From an uncultured Actinomycetota bacterium (GTDB taxonomy: Bacteria > Actinomycetota > Actinomycetes > Propionibacteriales > Nocardioidaceae), in NCBI GenBank assembly GCA_963740115.1, contig CAVUCQ010000001.1, forward strand, positions 245,098 to 309,097: 64,000 nt of DNA. The letters run 5' to 3'. A model generated the notes under the pieces. It was given only the letters and a program-made list of their open reading frames with translations, searched no databases and had not been told where the DNA came from. Of the stretch, positions 1 to 10,721 are shown piece by piece. Both the position numbers and the translations under genes were made by a program. Position 1 is the stretch's first letter, and each line of letters begins with the position of its first letter.

Positions 1-2047
1 AGCAGCACCACGCTGTAGGGCCGACGACGCACCGCCTCGGTCAGCTGGCCGCCCTCGTCGTAGCCGACGTAGCCGGGTGGGGCGCCCACGAGCCGGGAGA
101 CGGAGTGCTTCTCGCTGTACTCGCTCATGTCGATGCGGACGATCGCCCGCTCGTCGTCGAACAGGAAGTCCGCCAGCGCCTTGGCCAGCTCGGTCTTGCC
201 CGTCCCGGTCGGCCCGAGGAAGAGGAACGACCCGGTCGGCCGGTTGGGGTCGGAGATGCCGGCGCGCGAGCGGCGTACGGCGTCACTGACCGCGGTGACG
301 GCCTCGCGCTGGCCGATCAGTCGCGCGCCGATGACCGACTCCATCTCGAGGAGCTTGGCGGTCTCCCCCTGCAGCATCTTGCCGGTGGGGATGCCGGTCC
401 ACGCCTCGACGACGTCGGCGATCTGCTCGGCGCCCACCTCCTCGCCGACCAAGGGCTCGAGGTCGGCCTGCTCGGCCTTCTCGATCTCCTCGATCTGCAG
501 CTCGAGGTTGGGGATGGACTCGTAGCGGATCTTCGAGGCGGCCTCGAGGTTGCCCTCACGGAGGTACTTCTCCTCCTCGACCTTGAGCTGGTCGAGGGCC
601 CGGCGCAGCTCGCCCTCCCCCTGGAGCTGGTCGCGTTCCCGCTCCCACCGAGACTCCAGCCCGCGCAGCTCCTCCTCCTTGTCGGCGAGGTCCTGGCGCA
701 GCGCCTCGAGCCGCTCGACCGACGCGGCGTCGGACTCCTTGGCCAGAGCGAACTCCTCCATCTTGAGGCGTTCGACCTGGCGGCGGAGCTGGTCGATCTC
801 CTCCGGGGAGGACTCGTGCTCCATCCGCAGCCGCGACGACGCCTCGTCGATGAGGTCGATGGCCTTGTCGGGCAGCTGGCGGCCGGTGATGTAGCGGTCG
901 GACAAGGTGGCGGCTGCGACCAGCGCGGCGTCGGTGATGCGTACGCCGTGGTGCGCCTCGTACTTCTCCTGGATGCCGCGGAGGATCTGGATGGTGTCCT
1001 CGACGCTGGGCTCACCGACGAAGACCTGCTGGAACCGCCGCTCCAGCGCGGGATCCTTCTCGATCCGCTCGCGGTACTCGTCGAGCGTGGTGGCGCCGAT
1101 CATGTGCAGCTCGCCGCGGGCGAGCATCGGCTTGAGCATGTTGCCGGCGTCCATGGCGGAGTCACCGCCGGCACCGGCGCCGACGACGGTGTGCAGCTCG
1201 TCGATGAAGGTGATGACCTGGCCGCCGGCGTCCTTGATCTCCTCGAGCACGGCCTTGAGCCGCTCCTCGAACTCGCCGCGGTACTTCGCGCCGGCCACCA
1301 TCGCGGCGAGGTCGAGCGCGAGGACGCGGCGACCCTTCAGGGAGTCGGGGACGTCGCCGGCGACCACCCGCTGGGCGAGCCCCTCGACCACGGCGGTCTT
1401 GCCGACGCCCGGCTCGCCGATCAGCACCGGGTTGTTCTTGGTGCGCCGCGAGAGCACCTGGATCACGCGGCGGATCTCGGCGTCACGCCCGATGACCGGG
1501 TCGAGGCGCCCCTCCTCCGCGGCCTGGGTGAGGTCCACGGAGAACTTCTCCAACGACTCGTAGGACGCCTCGGCGCTCTCGCTGGTCACGCGGCGGTTGC
1601 CGCGGACGGCGGTGATCGCCTCGCGCAGACCGGCCGCGGTCAGGCCCGCGTCGGTGAGCACCTTCTGGGCCGGCGACTCGACGGTCGCGGTGGCCACGAG
1701 GAGGTGGTCCGTGGCGACGTAGTCGTCCTTCATCGAGCCGGCCAGGTCGATCGCGGAGGCCAGCACGCGGGTCAGCGCCGCGGACGCGCTGGGCTGCTGG
1801 ACCGTGGATCCGCTGGCACGCGGCAGCGACTGCTGGACGGACTCGGCGCGCGCGAGCAGCTGCGCGGGGTCGACGCCCGCCTTCGCCACCAGGCTGCGGG
1901 TGCTGCCGTCCTCCTGCCGGAGCAGCGCCACGAGCAGGTGGACAGGCTCGGTGTGGGTGTTGCCGCCGGTGGTGGCGGCGAGCTGGGCAGCCTCGACGAC
2001 CTCGCGGCTGCGGGTGGTGAACTTCTCAGCACCGAACTGGCTCAACT
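1..2047 (-). CDS. clpB: ATP-dependent chaperone ClpB (C-terminal end runs off the left window edge)
   Basis: The minus-strand frame is open to the window edge, so it is absent from the ORF track. The translation at the edge reads ...[49 protein letters not shown]. The N-terminus is (TTG)[37 protein letters not shown]. Two AAA+ Walker A motifs are present ([31 protein letters not shown]). A GGGAGGA RBS lies 6 nt upstream of the TTG at 2047. Confidence 0.95.
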
Positions 2048-2120
2048 CAGGTCCTCCCGGGTGTCACGAGACTCATGTGTGGGGCCCACTCTGGTCCCGT
2101 CCGGTGCAACGCGCCAGAAG

Positions 2121-2139
2121 TTGAGTCGATTCCCCTCAA
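2121..2139. promoter_or_regulatory. HspR operator (HAIR-like inverted repeat) upstream of clpB
   Basis: TTGAGTcgattccCCTCAA lies 74 nt upstream of the clpB start. The HAIR consensus is CTTGAGT-N7-ACTCAAG. hspR is encoded in the same window. Confidence 0.7.
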
Positions 2140-2357
2140 CTCTGCGCATGTCCATGTTTTCTCTGGAAGTTTTACCCTGCCAGCCGTTCCATTCTCGGGA
2201 CAGCAGGGCACAGTTGTTGTATGGCGAAGCTCATCTCCGACAACCGAGTGATCGCGGTCCTCTTCTTCATCCTGACCGTGGTCAACGCCTTCGCGCTCCA
2301 GCACGGCTGGTACGCCTGAAGGCTGCGGTCCCACCGCCCGCGTGAAACGATCCTCGG

Positions 2358-3140
2358 GTGGCGCCACCTGCCCTGGTCTCCGACTGCTCGAGCTGCTTCG
2401 GGCTGTGCTGCGTGCTGCTCCCCTTCTCGGCGGTCTCGGGCTTCGGGGTCGACAAGCCCGGTGGCACCCCGTGCCACCACCTCCTCGCCGACGACCGCTG
2501 CGGGATCCACTCCTCGCTGCGTGAGGACGGCTGGCCCGGCTGCACCACCTTCGAGTGCTTCGGCGCCGGCCAGCAGGTCTCCCAGGTCACCTACTCCGGA
2601 GTCTCCTGGCGCGAGCAGCACAACCTCGCGGAGATGGGCGCCGTCCTGTCGGTCATGCGCCAGCTGCACGAGATGCTCGTGCACCTCTCGGAGGTCGCCC
2701 GCCGCTCACCCGACCCGGAGGCGGCCGCAGCCCGGGCGGACGTCGAGGAGCTGACCACCACTGACCCCGAGGCGCTGCTGACGCTCGACCTCGACGCGCT
2801 CCACGAGCGGGTGGGGCAGCTGCTCGCCGGGGCCAGCACGCGCGTACGCCGGGGGTGGCCCGCCGCCGACCGGAGCCGCGCGGACCTTGCGGGTCGCCGG
2901 CTGTCCGGTGACCAGCGCGGGTCGTCGCTGCGGGGTGCGAGCCTGATCCGCGCCGACCTCCGGGGCACCGACCTCCGCGACGCCGACCTGCTCGGCGCCG
3001 ACCTGCGGGACGCGGACGTCCGGGGCGCCGACCTGTCGACCGCGATCTTCCTGACCCAGCCGCAGGTCAACAGCGCCAGCGGCGACGCGACGACCCGGCT
3101 GCCGGCGGCGCTGGCGCGGCCCCGGCACTGGCCCGGCTGA
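2358..3140 (+). CDS. pentapeptide-repeat protein with Cys-rich N-terminal domain
   Basis: 260-aa ORF. The C-terminal part reads ADLAGRRLSGDQRGSSLRGASLIRADLRGTDLRDADLLGADLRDADVRGADLS, a typical A(D/N)LXX pentapeptide array. The N-terminus is CSSCFGLCCVLLPF...C...C. Confidence 0.85.
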   Translation: MAPPALVSDCSSCFGLCCVLLPFSAVSGFGVDKPGGTPCHHLLADDRCGIHSSLREDGWPGCTTFECFGAGQQVSQVTYSGVSWREQHNLAEMGAVLSVMRQLHEMLVHLSEVARRSPDPEAAAARADVEELTTTDPEALLTLDLDALHERVGQLLAGASTRVRRGWPAADRSRADLAGRRLSGDQRGSSLRGASLIRADLRGTDLRDADLLGADLRDADVRGADLSTAIFLTQPQVNSASGDATTRLPAALARPRHWPG

Positions 3141-3154
3141 CCGGACTCCGCTCG

Positions 3155-3424
3155 TCAGGAGTAGCGGTGGCTCTTCGCGGCGTGGCCGCGCTCGCGGGTG
3201 CAGGTGCGACCACTCATGTTGCGGTGGCCGCAGAGCTCCTCGGTGTCCGCAGCCGTCGACGTGTCCGCTTCCGCGGAAGCAGTGGGAGCAGCCGCTGGCG
3301 TGGCGGGTGCCTGCGGCGCGACGGGGGCCTTCGCGCCCGACTTCGGGGGGGCTGCAGCGGCGCGCTTCTGCGCGTCGGCGTACTTGGCCTCGCGCATCGC
3401 GCGCAGGTTGTCCATCTTGCTCAT
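3155..3424 (-). CDS. small hypothetical protein (Ala/Pro-rich linker, C-terminal CxxxxxxxxC..H....H patch)
   Basis: 89-aa ORF on the same strand as, and directly downstream of, the dnaK operon/SRPBCC gene. Translation: MSKMDNLRAMREAKYADAQKR...CGHRNMSGRTCTRERGHAAKSHRYS. I recognised no family. Confidence 0.45.
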   Translation of the reverse strand: MSKMDNLRAMREAKYADAQKRAAAAPPKSGAKAPVAPQAPATPAAAPTASAEADTSTAADTEELCGHRNMSGRTCTRERGHAAKSHRYS

Positions 3425-3431
3425 CGCTCGC

Positions 3432-4388
3432 TCACGCCTCCAACCTACGTGGCCGCGCCGACATCGCCGTCAGGCGGGCGCGCGCGCCGCGCCTCACGCC
3501 TCGGGCGAGAGGTAGGCCGCCAGCTGTGCCAGCGACGCCTCGAGACCCTGCTGGTGGGCGTCTGCGTCGATGCCGGGTGGCACGTCGGTCGCGTCGATCG
3601 CGACCCGCGTCGTGCCCCCACGAGGTGTGAAGGTCCAGGTCATCCTCATCCGCCCCGCGTTGGCCGGGTCGTCGGAGTCGAACTCCACGCCCCACACCAC
3701 CCGCTCGGCCGGGACGAGCTCGTCGATCGCGACGTGCGACACGTCGGTGTCGGACGTCGTCTTGCCACCACCGTCCGGGGGCTGCGCGTAGTGGAGCGTC
3801 ATGGTGAAGCCGCCGCCCTCGTGCAGCTGAGCCTCGGAGAGCTCGCCACGCATGCCGTCCGGCGGCAGCCACGCGCCCAGGGCCTGCGGGTCGACGAAGG
3901 CGGCGTAGACCTCCTCGGGCGTGGCCGCGATGTCGGCGACGGCTCGGTCCAGACGAGGCACGGTCAGCCTCCCGGCGCCAGACGACCATCGACTGGCCCG
4001 CCGCCTGGTGGAGCACCGGCAGCTTGTTGGTCGGCGCCTGGGACTGGCCCTGCGCGACGCGCGCGGCCAGCCCACGTCGTACGGCGTCGAGCTCGGCGAC
4101 CAGCTCCTCGTTGCGCGCGCGCAGCGCGTCGACCTGGAGCTCGAGCGCCATGATGCGGCGCACCCCCTCGATGCCGATGCCGGCGCTGGTCAGGTCGGCG
4201 ATCTGGCGCAGCCGCTCCAGGTCGCGGTGGGAGTAGCGGCGACCGCCACCGCCCGTGCGTCCGGGCGCGATCAGCCCCATCCGCTCGTAGGCCCGCAGCG
4301 TCTGCGGGTGCAGTCCGGTCAGCTCCGCCGCGACGCTGATCACGTAGACGGCTGCATCGGGCGCGGGCGACCCGAAGGGGGTGGTCAT
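3432..4388 (-). CDS. hspR: heat-shock repressor HspR (MerR family); ORF abnormally extended past the conserved C-terminus
   Basis: MerR-type HTH: VYVISVAAELTGLHPQTLRAYERMGLIAPGRTGGGGRRYSHRDLERLRQIADL. A coiled coil follows, and the HspR-like end ...QSMVVWRRE falls at about 3965. No in-frame stop occurs until 3432. The extra ~175 codons are Arg-rich out-of-frame-looking sequence lying over the SRPBCC gene. The start overlaps the dnaJ stop (ATGA). Confidence 0.85.
   Translation of the reverse strand: MTTPFGSPAPDAAVYVISVAAELTGLHPQTLRAYERMGLIAPGRTGGGGRRYSHRDLERLRQIADLTSAGIGIEGVRRIMALELQVDALRARNEELVAELDAVRRGLAARVAQGQSQAPTNKLPVLHQAAGQSMVVWRREADRASSGPSRRRHRGHARGGLRRLRRPAGPGRVAAAGRHAWRALRGSAARGRRLHHDAPLRAAPGRWWQDDVRHRRVARRDRRARPGRAGGVGRGVRLRRPGQRGADEDDLDLHTSWGHDAGRDRRDRRATRHRRRRPPAGSRGVAGTAGGLPLARGVRRGARARLTAMSARPRRLEA
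3494..3961 (-). CDS. SRPBCC / AHSA1 (Aha1-like, START-fold) family protein
   Basis: A GTG at 3961 is preceded by GGAGG. Translation: VPRLDRAVADIAATPEEVYAAFVDPQALGAWLPP...RVVWGVEFDSDD...MRMTWTFTPRGGTTRVAIDATDVPPG, the typical activator-of-Hsp90-ATPase-homologue-like layout. The track ORF 3494..4075 starts further upstream in GC-rich junk. Confidence 0.8.
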   Translation of the reverse strand: MPRLDRAVADIAATPEEVYAAFVDPQALGAWLPPDGMRGELSEAQLHEGGGFTMTLHYAQPPDGGGKTTSDTDVSHVAIDELVPAERVVWGVEFDSDDPANAGRMRMTWTFTPRGGTTRVAIDATDVPPGIDADAHQQGLEASLAQLAAYLSPEA

Positions 4389-5554
4389 GGTGCGAAGAGC
4401 CCGTTGCGCAGCGGCGTGCCGGCCGAGGCCGCGCGGTAGGCCTCGAGGGCCTCGCGCGCGGTCGTGTCGAGCGTGGCGGGCACGTGGACCTGGACGGTGG
4501 CGAGCAGGTCGCCCTTGGAGCCGTCACGCTTGGTGGCTCCCTTGCCGCGCACCCGGAACGTCCGCCCGTTGGGGGTCCCGGGGGGCAGCTTCAGGGTGAC
4601 GGGGGCGCCGCCCAGCGTCGGGATCTTCACCTCGGCACCGAGGGCGGCCTCGTCGAAGGAGACGGGTACGTCGATCGTGAGGTTGTCGCCCTTGCGCCCG
4701 AACACGCGGTGGGGCGTCACCTTCACCGTGACGAACAGGTCACCGTGGGGACCACCGTTCTCCCCCGGCGCACCCTTGCCCTTGAGCCGGATCTTCGCGC
4801 CGTCCTTGACGCCGGCGGGGATGCGGGCCTGGATCGACCGCGCGGACGTGCCCCGTCCGCTGCCGTGGCAGGTCGGGCACGCCTCGTCGTAGACGAGCTG
4901 TCGCCCGCCGCAGGCAGGGCAGGTCTCGTTGATCGAGAACGCGCCGCCCGTGCCGGACACGACGAAGCCGGCTCCCTCGCACTCGGGGCAGATGTGTGGC
5001 CGGGTGCCGGGCTTGCCGCCGGTGCCCTGGCAGGTGGCGCACGCAGCGTCGGACGTCAGCCGCAGCGAGACGGTGACGCCGTCGAGCGCGTCGGTGAAGC
5101 CGATGGTGGCCGAGGTCTCGACGTCGGCACCGCGCCGCGGGCGGGCCTGCTGGGTCCGGGGGCGCTGGCCGCCGCCGAAGAGGTCACCGAACATGTCGCC
5201 GAGCCCGCCGGAGCCGCCCCGGTCGCGGAGCAGGTCGTCGAGGTTGAAGCCACCTCCGCCGAATCCCCCGCCGCCCATGCCGGGGCCGAAGCCCCCGTGG
5301 GCCTGCAGCGAGCGGAACTCGTCGTACTTGGCGCGCTTGGCCTCGTCCCCGACGACGTCGTACGCCTCCGCGACCGCCTTGAACTTCTCGTGCTTGGCGT
5401 CGTCGCCGGGGTTGGAGTCGGGATGGTTCTCCCGGGCGAGCTTGCGGTAGGCCTTCTTGATGTCGGCCGCGCTCGCGTCCTGGGCGAGCCCGAGGACCTG
5501 GTAGAAGTCCTTGGTCGCCCAGTCGTTGCGGAAACCCTCGTTGTTGTCAGCCAT
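4385..5554 (-). CDS. dnaJ: molecular chaperone DnaJ
   Basis: J-domain: DFYQVLGLAQDASAADIKKAYRKLARENHPD. A Gly-rich linker follows. Four CxxCxG zinc motifs are present (CATCQGTG, CPECEGAG, CPACGG, CPTCHGSG). Confidence 0.95.
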   Translation of the reverse strand: MADNNEGFRNDWATKDFYQVLGLAQDASAADIKKAYRKLARENHPDSNPGDDAKHEKFKAVAEAYDVVGDEAKRAKYDEFRSLQAHGGFGPGMGGGGFGGGGFNLDDLLRDRGGSGGLGDMFGDLFGGGQRPRTQQARPRRGADVETSATIGFTDALDGVTVSLRLTSDAACATCQGTGGKPGTRPHICPECEGAGFVVSGTGGAFSINETCPACGGRQLVYDEACPTCHGSGRGTSARSIQARIPAGVKDGAKIRLKGKGAPGENGGPHGDLFVTVKVTPHRVFGRKGDNLTIDVPVSFDEAALGAEVKIPTLGGAPVTLKLPPGTPNGRTFRVRGKGATKRDGSKGDLLATVQVHVPATLDTTAREALEAYRAASAGTPLRNGLFAP

Positions 5555-5593
5555 GGATGAACCTCCCTTCCCTCATCGGCCGGGTCGTCGGCC

Positions 5594-6237
5594 TCAGGCC
5601 TCGGCGGGGTCGACGACCAGCACCTGGGCCGCGCGGACCACACGCTCGCCGAGGCGGTAGCCGCCCTTGGCGACGTGCTTGACGGTGGTCACCTCGACCT
5701 CCGGGTCGGTGCCGAGGTGGCTCAGCGCCTCGTGCATCGTCGGGTCGAAGGCGTCACCCGGCTCGCCGAAGCGGACCAGCCCGGCGGCCGCCACGACTCG
5801 TTCGAGCTGGTCGGCGACGGCCTTGAACCCGCCATCGAGCTCGCCGTGCTCCTTGGCGCGGTCGATCGTGTCGAGCACCTCGATGACCGGGGTGAGCGCC
5901 TTGTAGGCGGCGCTCTCGGCCACCAGCTGGCGGTCGCGGTCGACGCGCTTGCGGTAGTTGGCGTACTCGGCCTGGAGCCGCTGCAGGTCGTTGGTCAGGT
6001 CGGCGATCGCGTTCCTCATCGAGAACTGCTCGTCGTCCTCCTCGGGCGTGCCGGTGTCGTCGCCGGCCACGGCGTCGCCCTCGACCTGGACCTCCACCTC
6101 GGTCGCGTCGGACATCTCGCCTGCCGCGTCACCGAAGCCACCGGGAGGCGTGCCCTCCGGAGAGGGAGCCACGCTGGGCTCCCCCTCCGGCAGGTCGCTC
6201 GCCTCGGTGCCCGGGGTGGGCTCGGCGGGGCGATCGG

Positions 6238-6241
<4 letters not shown>
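5594..6241 (-). CDS. grpE: nucleotide exchange factor GrpE
   Basis: 215 aa. Motifs: ...[18 protein letters not shown]...[15 protein letters not shown]...FDPTMHEAL. The GTG start overlaps the dnaK stop (GTGA). Confidence 0.95.
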
Positions 6242-8115
<1,874 letters not shown>

Positions 8116-8233
8116 GTGTCTCTACCTCCTGCTGTGCCCCGGGGTGTCCGGGGGCGACGTCGTGGGTTGCGGGTGCCGGAGCACCCGCCGATGTCCACCA
8201 TCCTGACGCGTGGCGTCCGGAGTGGCAAAACAG

Positions 8234-8252
8234 TTGAGTCGATCTGGCTCAA
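8234..8252. promoter_or_regulatory. HspR operator (HAIR-like inverted repeat) upstream of dnaK
   Basis: TTGAGTcgatctgGCTCAA lies 119 nt upstream of the dnaK start. It has the same half-sites and the same 7-nt spacer as the clpB copy. Confidence 0.75.
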
Positions 8253-8349
8253 CTCTCATCACAGGCTTCAACGCACGAGACCGCGGGTTGTTCCCGGAAC
8301 GAACGGAATGTTTCTCCCGTCCGCAGGACCGACCCCTAGATTTGGGCGC

Positions 8350-8643
8350 ATGATCCGCCACACCGTCGCCTTCCGGCTCCACCACGCCCCCGGCTCGGCA
8401 GAGGAGCAGGACTTCCTCGCCGCCGCCCGCGCCCTCGCCGGGATCCCGGGCGTCGAGGCGTTCGAGCAGCTGCGGCAGACCAGCCCCAAGAACGACTTCG
8501 CCTTCGGCTTCTCGATGGAGTTCGCCGACCAGGCGGCGTACGACGGCTACAACCAGCACCCCGTCCACACGGCGTTCGTGGCCGACCGCTGGGTGCCCGA
8601 GGTGGCCGACTTCCTCGAGATCGACTACCAGCCGCTCACCTGA
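8350..8643 (+). CDS. Dabb (stress-responsive alpha/beta barrel) family protein
   Basis: The ATG at 8350 gives MIRHTVAFRLHHAPGSAEEQDFLAAARALAGIPGVEAFEQLRQTSPKNDFAFGFSMEFADQAAYDGYNQHPVHTAFVADRWVPEVADFLEIDYQPLT. This is the C-terminal piece of the spurious long track ORF 6745..8643. Confidence 0.85.
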   Translation: MIRHTVAFRLHHAPGSAEEQDFLAAARALAGIPGVEAFEQLRQTSPKNDFAFGFSMEFADQAAYDGYNQHPVHTAFVADRWVPEVADFLEIDYQPLT

Positions 8644-8871
8644 CGCTTGTGCACACCGCAGCACCGCCGAGCTGACGCTTGTGCACACCCCAGCACCGCC
8701 CAGTTGACGCTTGTGCACACCCCAGCACCGCCCACCTGTCGCTTGTGCACGCCACATCCGTGCACAAGCGTCAGCTCAGCACCGTCCCCGCGTGCACAAG
8801 CGTCAGCTCGGCACCCTTCGCGCGTGCACAAGCGTCAGCTCGGCACCCTTCGCGCGTGCACACGCGTCAGG
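8641..8871. repeat. palindromic array: four direct 32-nt units followed by four inverted 32-nt units (core TGACGCTTGTGCA / TGCACAAGCGTCA)
   Basis: Direct units start at 8641, 8673, 8705 and 8737 (the last is shortened). Inverted units start at 8761, 8793, 8825 (8793 and 8825 are identical) and 8857 (partial). The array exactly fills the gap between the stop codons of two convergent genes. Confidence 0.9.
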
Positions 8872-9681
8872 TCAGCGGGTCCAGACGTAGGGCGTCGTGG
8901 TCGTCACGGCCCGGAGGCCGGAGCGCTCGAGGATGGGACGCGACATGTCGGTGCAGTCGGAGTGGATGAGGCTGATGCCGCGCTCGACGGCCGAGCGGGC
9001 CCGGGCGGCGACGAGCGCACGGTAGATGCCGCGACCGCGGAAGGCCGGCAGGGTCGAGCCGCCCCAGATGCCGGCGAACGCGGTGCCGGGCACCGGGGTC
9101 AGCCGTCCACCGCACACGACGCGATCCCCGACCTCGGCGATCCAGAACTCGGACGCACCGCTCTCCAGCTCCGCCAGCGACGACGCGACCGACGGACCGC
9201 GTCCGGTGCCGAAGACCGACTCCTGCGCGGCCAGCATGCGGGTCACGTCGCCGACCACGTCGTCGCCCTCTCCGATGCGGCGTACGACGACGGGGCCCTC
9301 CGGCGTGTCCGCCAGGGGCACCTCGACCGCCAGCAGCGTCGCCTCGCCGATCATCACTGTCTCCGTCGGTTCCGCGACCAGGCCGTGAGCGACGAGGCGC
9401 TCCCCCAGGTCGGCGGGGAGGTCGTGGCCACGCGACTTCCACTCGAACGACGCGACCTCCGTGTCGTCGCGGTAGTGGGCGACGGTCCGCTCGATGAGGT
9501 CGTCGAGGGCTGTGCCCTCGATCCCGCCGAGGTCGCGGTAGGAGACGAAACCGCCGTGGTCGAACACCGCACAGAGCAACGGACCCTCACGCACCACGTC
9601 GAGCGCACGCGCCATCTCGGCCTCGGTGCGCAGCTGGTCGTCGTAGGCGGTGAGGAGCTCGTCGGGGGTCACGGCCGCCAC
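8872..9681 (-). CDS. GNAT family N-acetyltransferase
   Basis: 269 aa. The C-terminal acetyl-CoA-binding pattern is ...IWGGSTLPAFRGRGIYRALVAARARSAVERGISLIHSDCTDMSRPILERSGL. Confidence 0.8.
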   Translation of the reverse strand: MAAVTPDELLTAYDDQLRTEAEMARALDVVREGPLLCAVFDHGGFVSYRDLGGIEGTALDDLIERTVAHYRDDTEVASFEWKSRGHDLPADLGERLVAHGLVAEPTETVMIGEATLLAVEVPLADTPEGPVVVRRIGEGDDVVGDVTRMLAAQESVFGTGRGPSVASSLAELESGASEFWIAEVGDRVVCGGRLTPVPGTAFAGIWGGSTLPAFRGRGIYRALVAARARSAVERGISLIHSDCTDMSRPILERSGLRAVTTTTPYVWTR

Positions 9682-9722
9682 CCTAGGGCCGACGGCGCCC
9701 GCGCCGCCTGCCGATTTCCGGC

Positions 9723-10511
9723 GTGCGGACCTTCCCTCAATCGTGGGGTATCGGCGGCGTTCGACTGCGACGTGCAGGCACCGGAGCGCAGACTGTGCCC
9801 GTGCTTCATCGGGGGGACCTGCACCGGGTCGGCGGCGCCGCTGCCGTCGTCCTGCTGCTGGCTGCGCTGATGGCGTTCTACGTCGCCGACCGCGCGGGCG
9901 CCGACCTGACCCGCTGCCAGCAGCACCGGCTCGACGCCCGCGAGCGCACGGCGATCGTCACCGGCGCGGGCTCGCCCGTCCTGGTGATCGGTGACTCCTG
10001 GTCGGTCGGCCTCGGGCAGGACGACCTGCGCAGCTCGTGGGCCGCACGCCTGCCGGGAGAGGTCCACGTCGCGGGCTTCTCCGGCTCCGGTTTCAGCGCG
10101 GCGGCCAGCGGGTGCGGTCGGGTCTCGTTCCACGACCGTGCCCCGACCGCGCTCGGCGTACGTCCCACCCTGGTGGTCGTCGAAGGCGGCCTCAACGACC
10201 ACGACCAGCCCGCAGCCGCGATCGAGCGCGGTTTCCGCGACCTCATGGCCGACCTGGCCGGGCACGACGTCGTCGTCGTCGGTCCGGCTGACGCCCCGTC
10301 CCGCTCGCTCTCGGTGCCCCGCGTCGACGCGCTGCTCGAGTCCCTGAGCGAGGCGTACGGCGTTCCGTACGTGCGCACGAGCGACCTCGACCTCGCCTAC
10401 CTCGACGACCGGCTCCACCTCACCGAGGCCGGACACCGCACGTTCGGCGACGCCGTGGCCGACCGAATCGCAGCCGTCGGACCGGCGCGACCGGCGGTTC
10501 TCACACGCTGA
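9723..10511 (+). CDS. SGNH/GDSL hydrolase family protein (N-terminal membrane anchor; start uncertain)
   Basis: Motifs: VLVIGDSWSVGLG (block I, GDS), FSGSGF, VVVEGGLNDH (block III, GxND), and DRLHLTEAGHRTF (block V, DxxH). Confidence 0.8.
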   Translation: MRTFPQSWGIGGVRLRRAGTGAQTVPVLHRGDLHRVGGAAAVVLLLAALMAFYVADRAGADLTRCQQHRLDARERTAIVTGAGSPVLVIGDSWSVGLGQDDLRSSWAARLPGEVHVAGFSGSGFSAAASGCGRVSFHDRAPTALGVRPTLVVVEGGLNDHDQPAAAIERGFRDLMADLAGHDVVVVGPADAPSRSLSVPRVDALLESLSEAYGVPYVRTSDLDLAYLDDRLHLTEAGHRTFGDAVADRIAAVGPARPAVLTR

Positions 10512-10642
10512 TCGCGCTTCGGCAACGGATTCGCGGGCCGTCGGCGACGAGTGCGCTCCACCCGGTCCGAGGAGGTCGCGCATGCAGGTTCTCGCGTTGC
10601 ATCAACCTGCAGTTCTGGCGCCATTGACGCCCTGAGCCCCGA

Positions 10643-10673
10643 TTGCGAACTTGTGCACTGGTCAGCACCACCC
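10643..10673. repeat. solitary degenerate copy of the 32-nt repeat family
   Basis: ttgcgaaCTTGTGCACtggtCAGCACCaCCC, compared with the array unit tgacgCTTGTGCACaccCCAGCACCgCCC. Confidence 0.5.
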
Positions 10674-10721
10674 AATCCTCCCTCGGGCCCACCGGGCCCG
10701 AACTCATGATTGGAAACCCCA

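Noticed and set aside
105-2345. 746-aa plus-strand ORF (and nested ORFs) opposite clpB
   Set aside because: It is the antisense shadow of an unmistakable ClpB frame. The translation is Leu/Gly/Arg/Asp-rich low-information sequence, typical of reverse-frame reading in high-GC DNA.
8641-8871. CRISPR array
   Set aside because: The period is regular (32 nt), but the 'spacers' are themselves near-identical. The conserved core is only ~13-15 nt. Half the units are inverted. No cas genes are present.
8647-9870. ORFs 8647..9870, 8679..8969 and 8625..8831 starting inside the repeat array
   Set aside because: Their translations are repeat-derived (CTPQHR...ACAHPST...) and continue antisense to the GNAT gene. 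There is no RBS or family resemblance.
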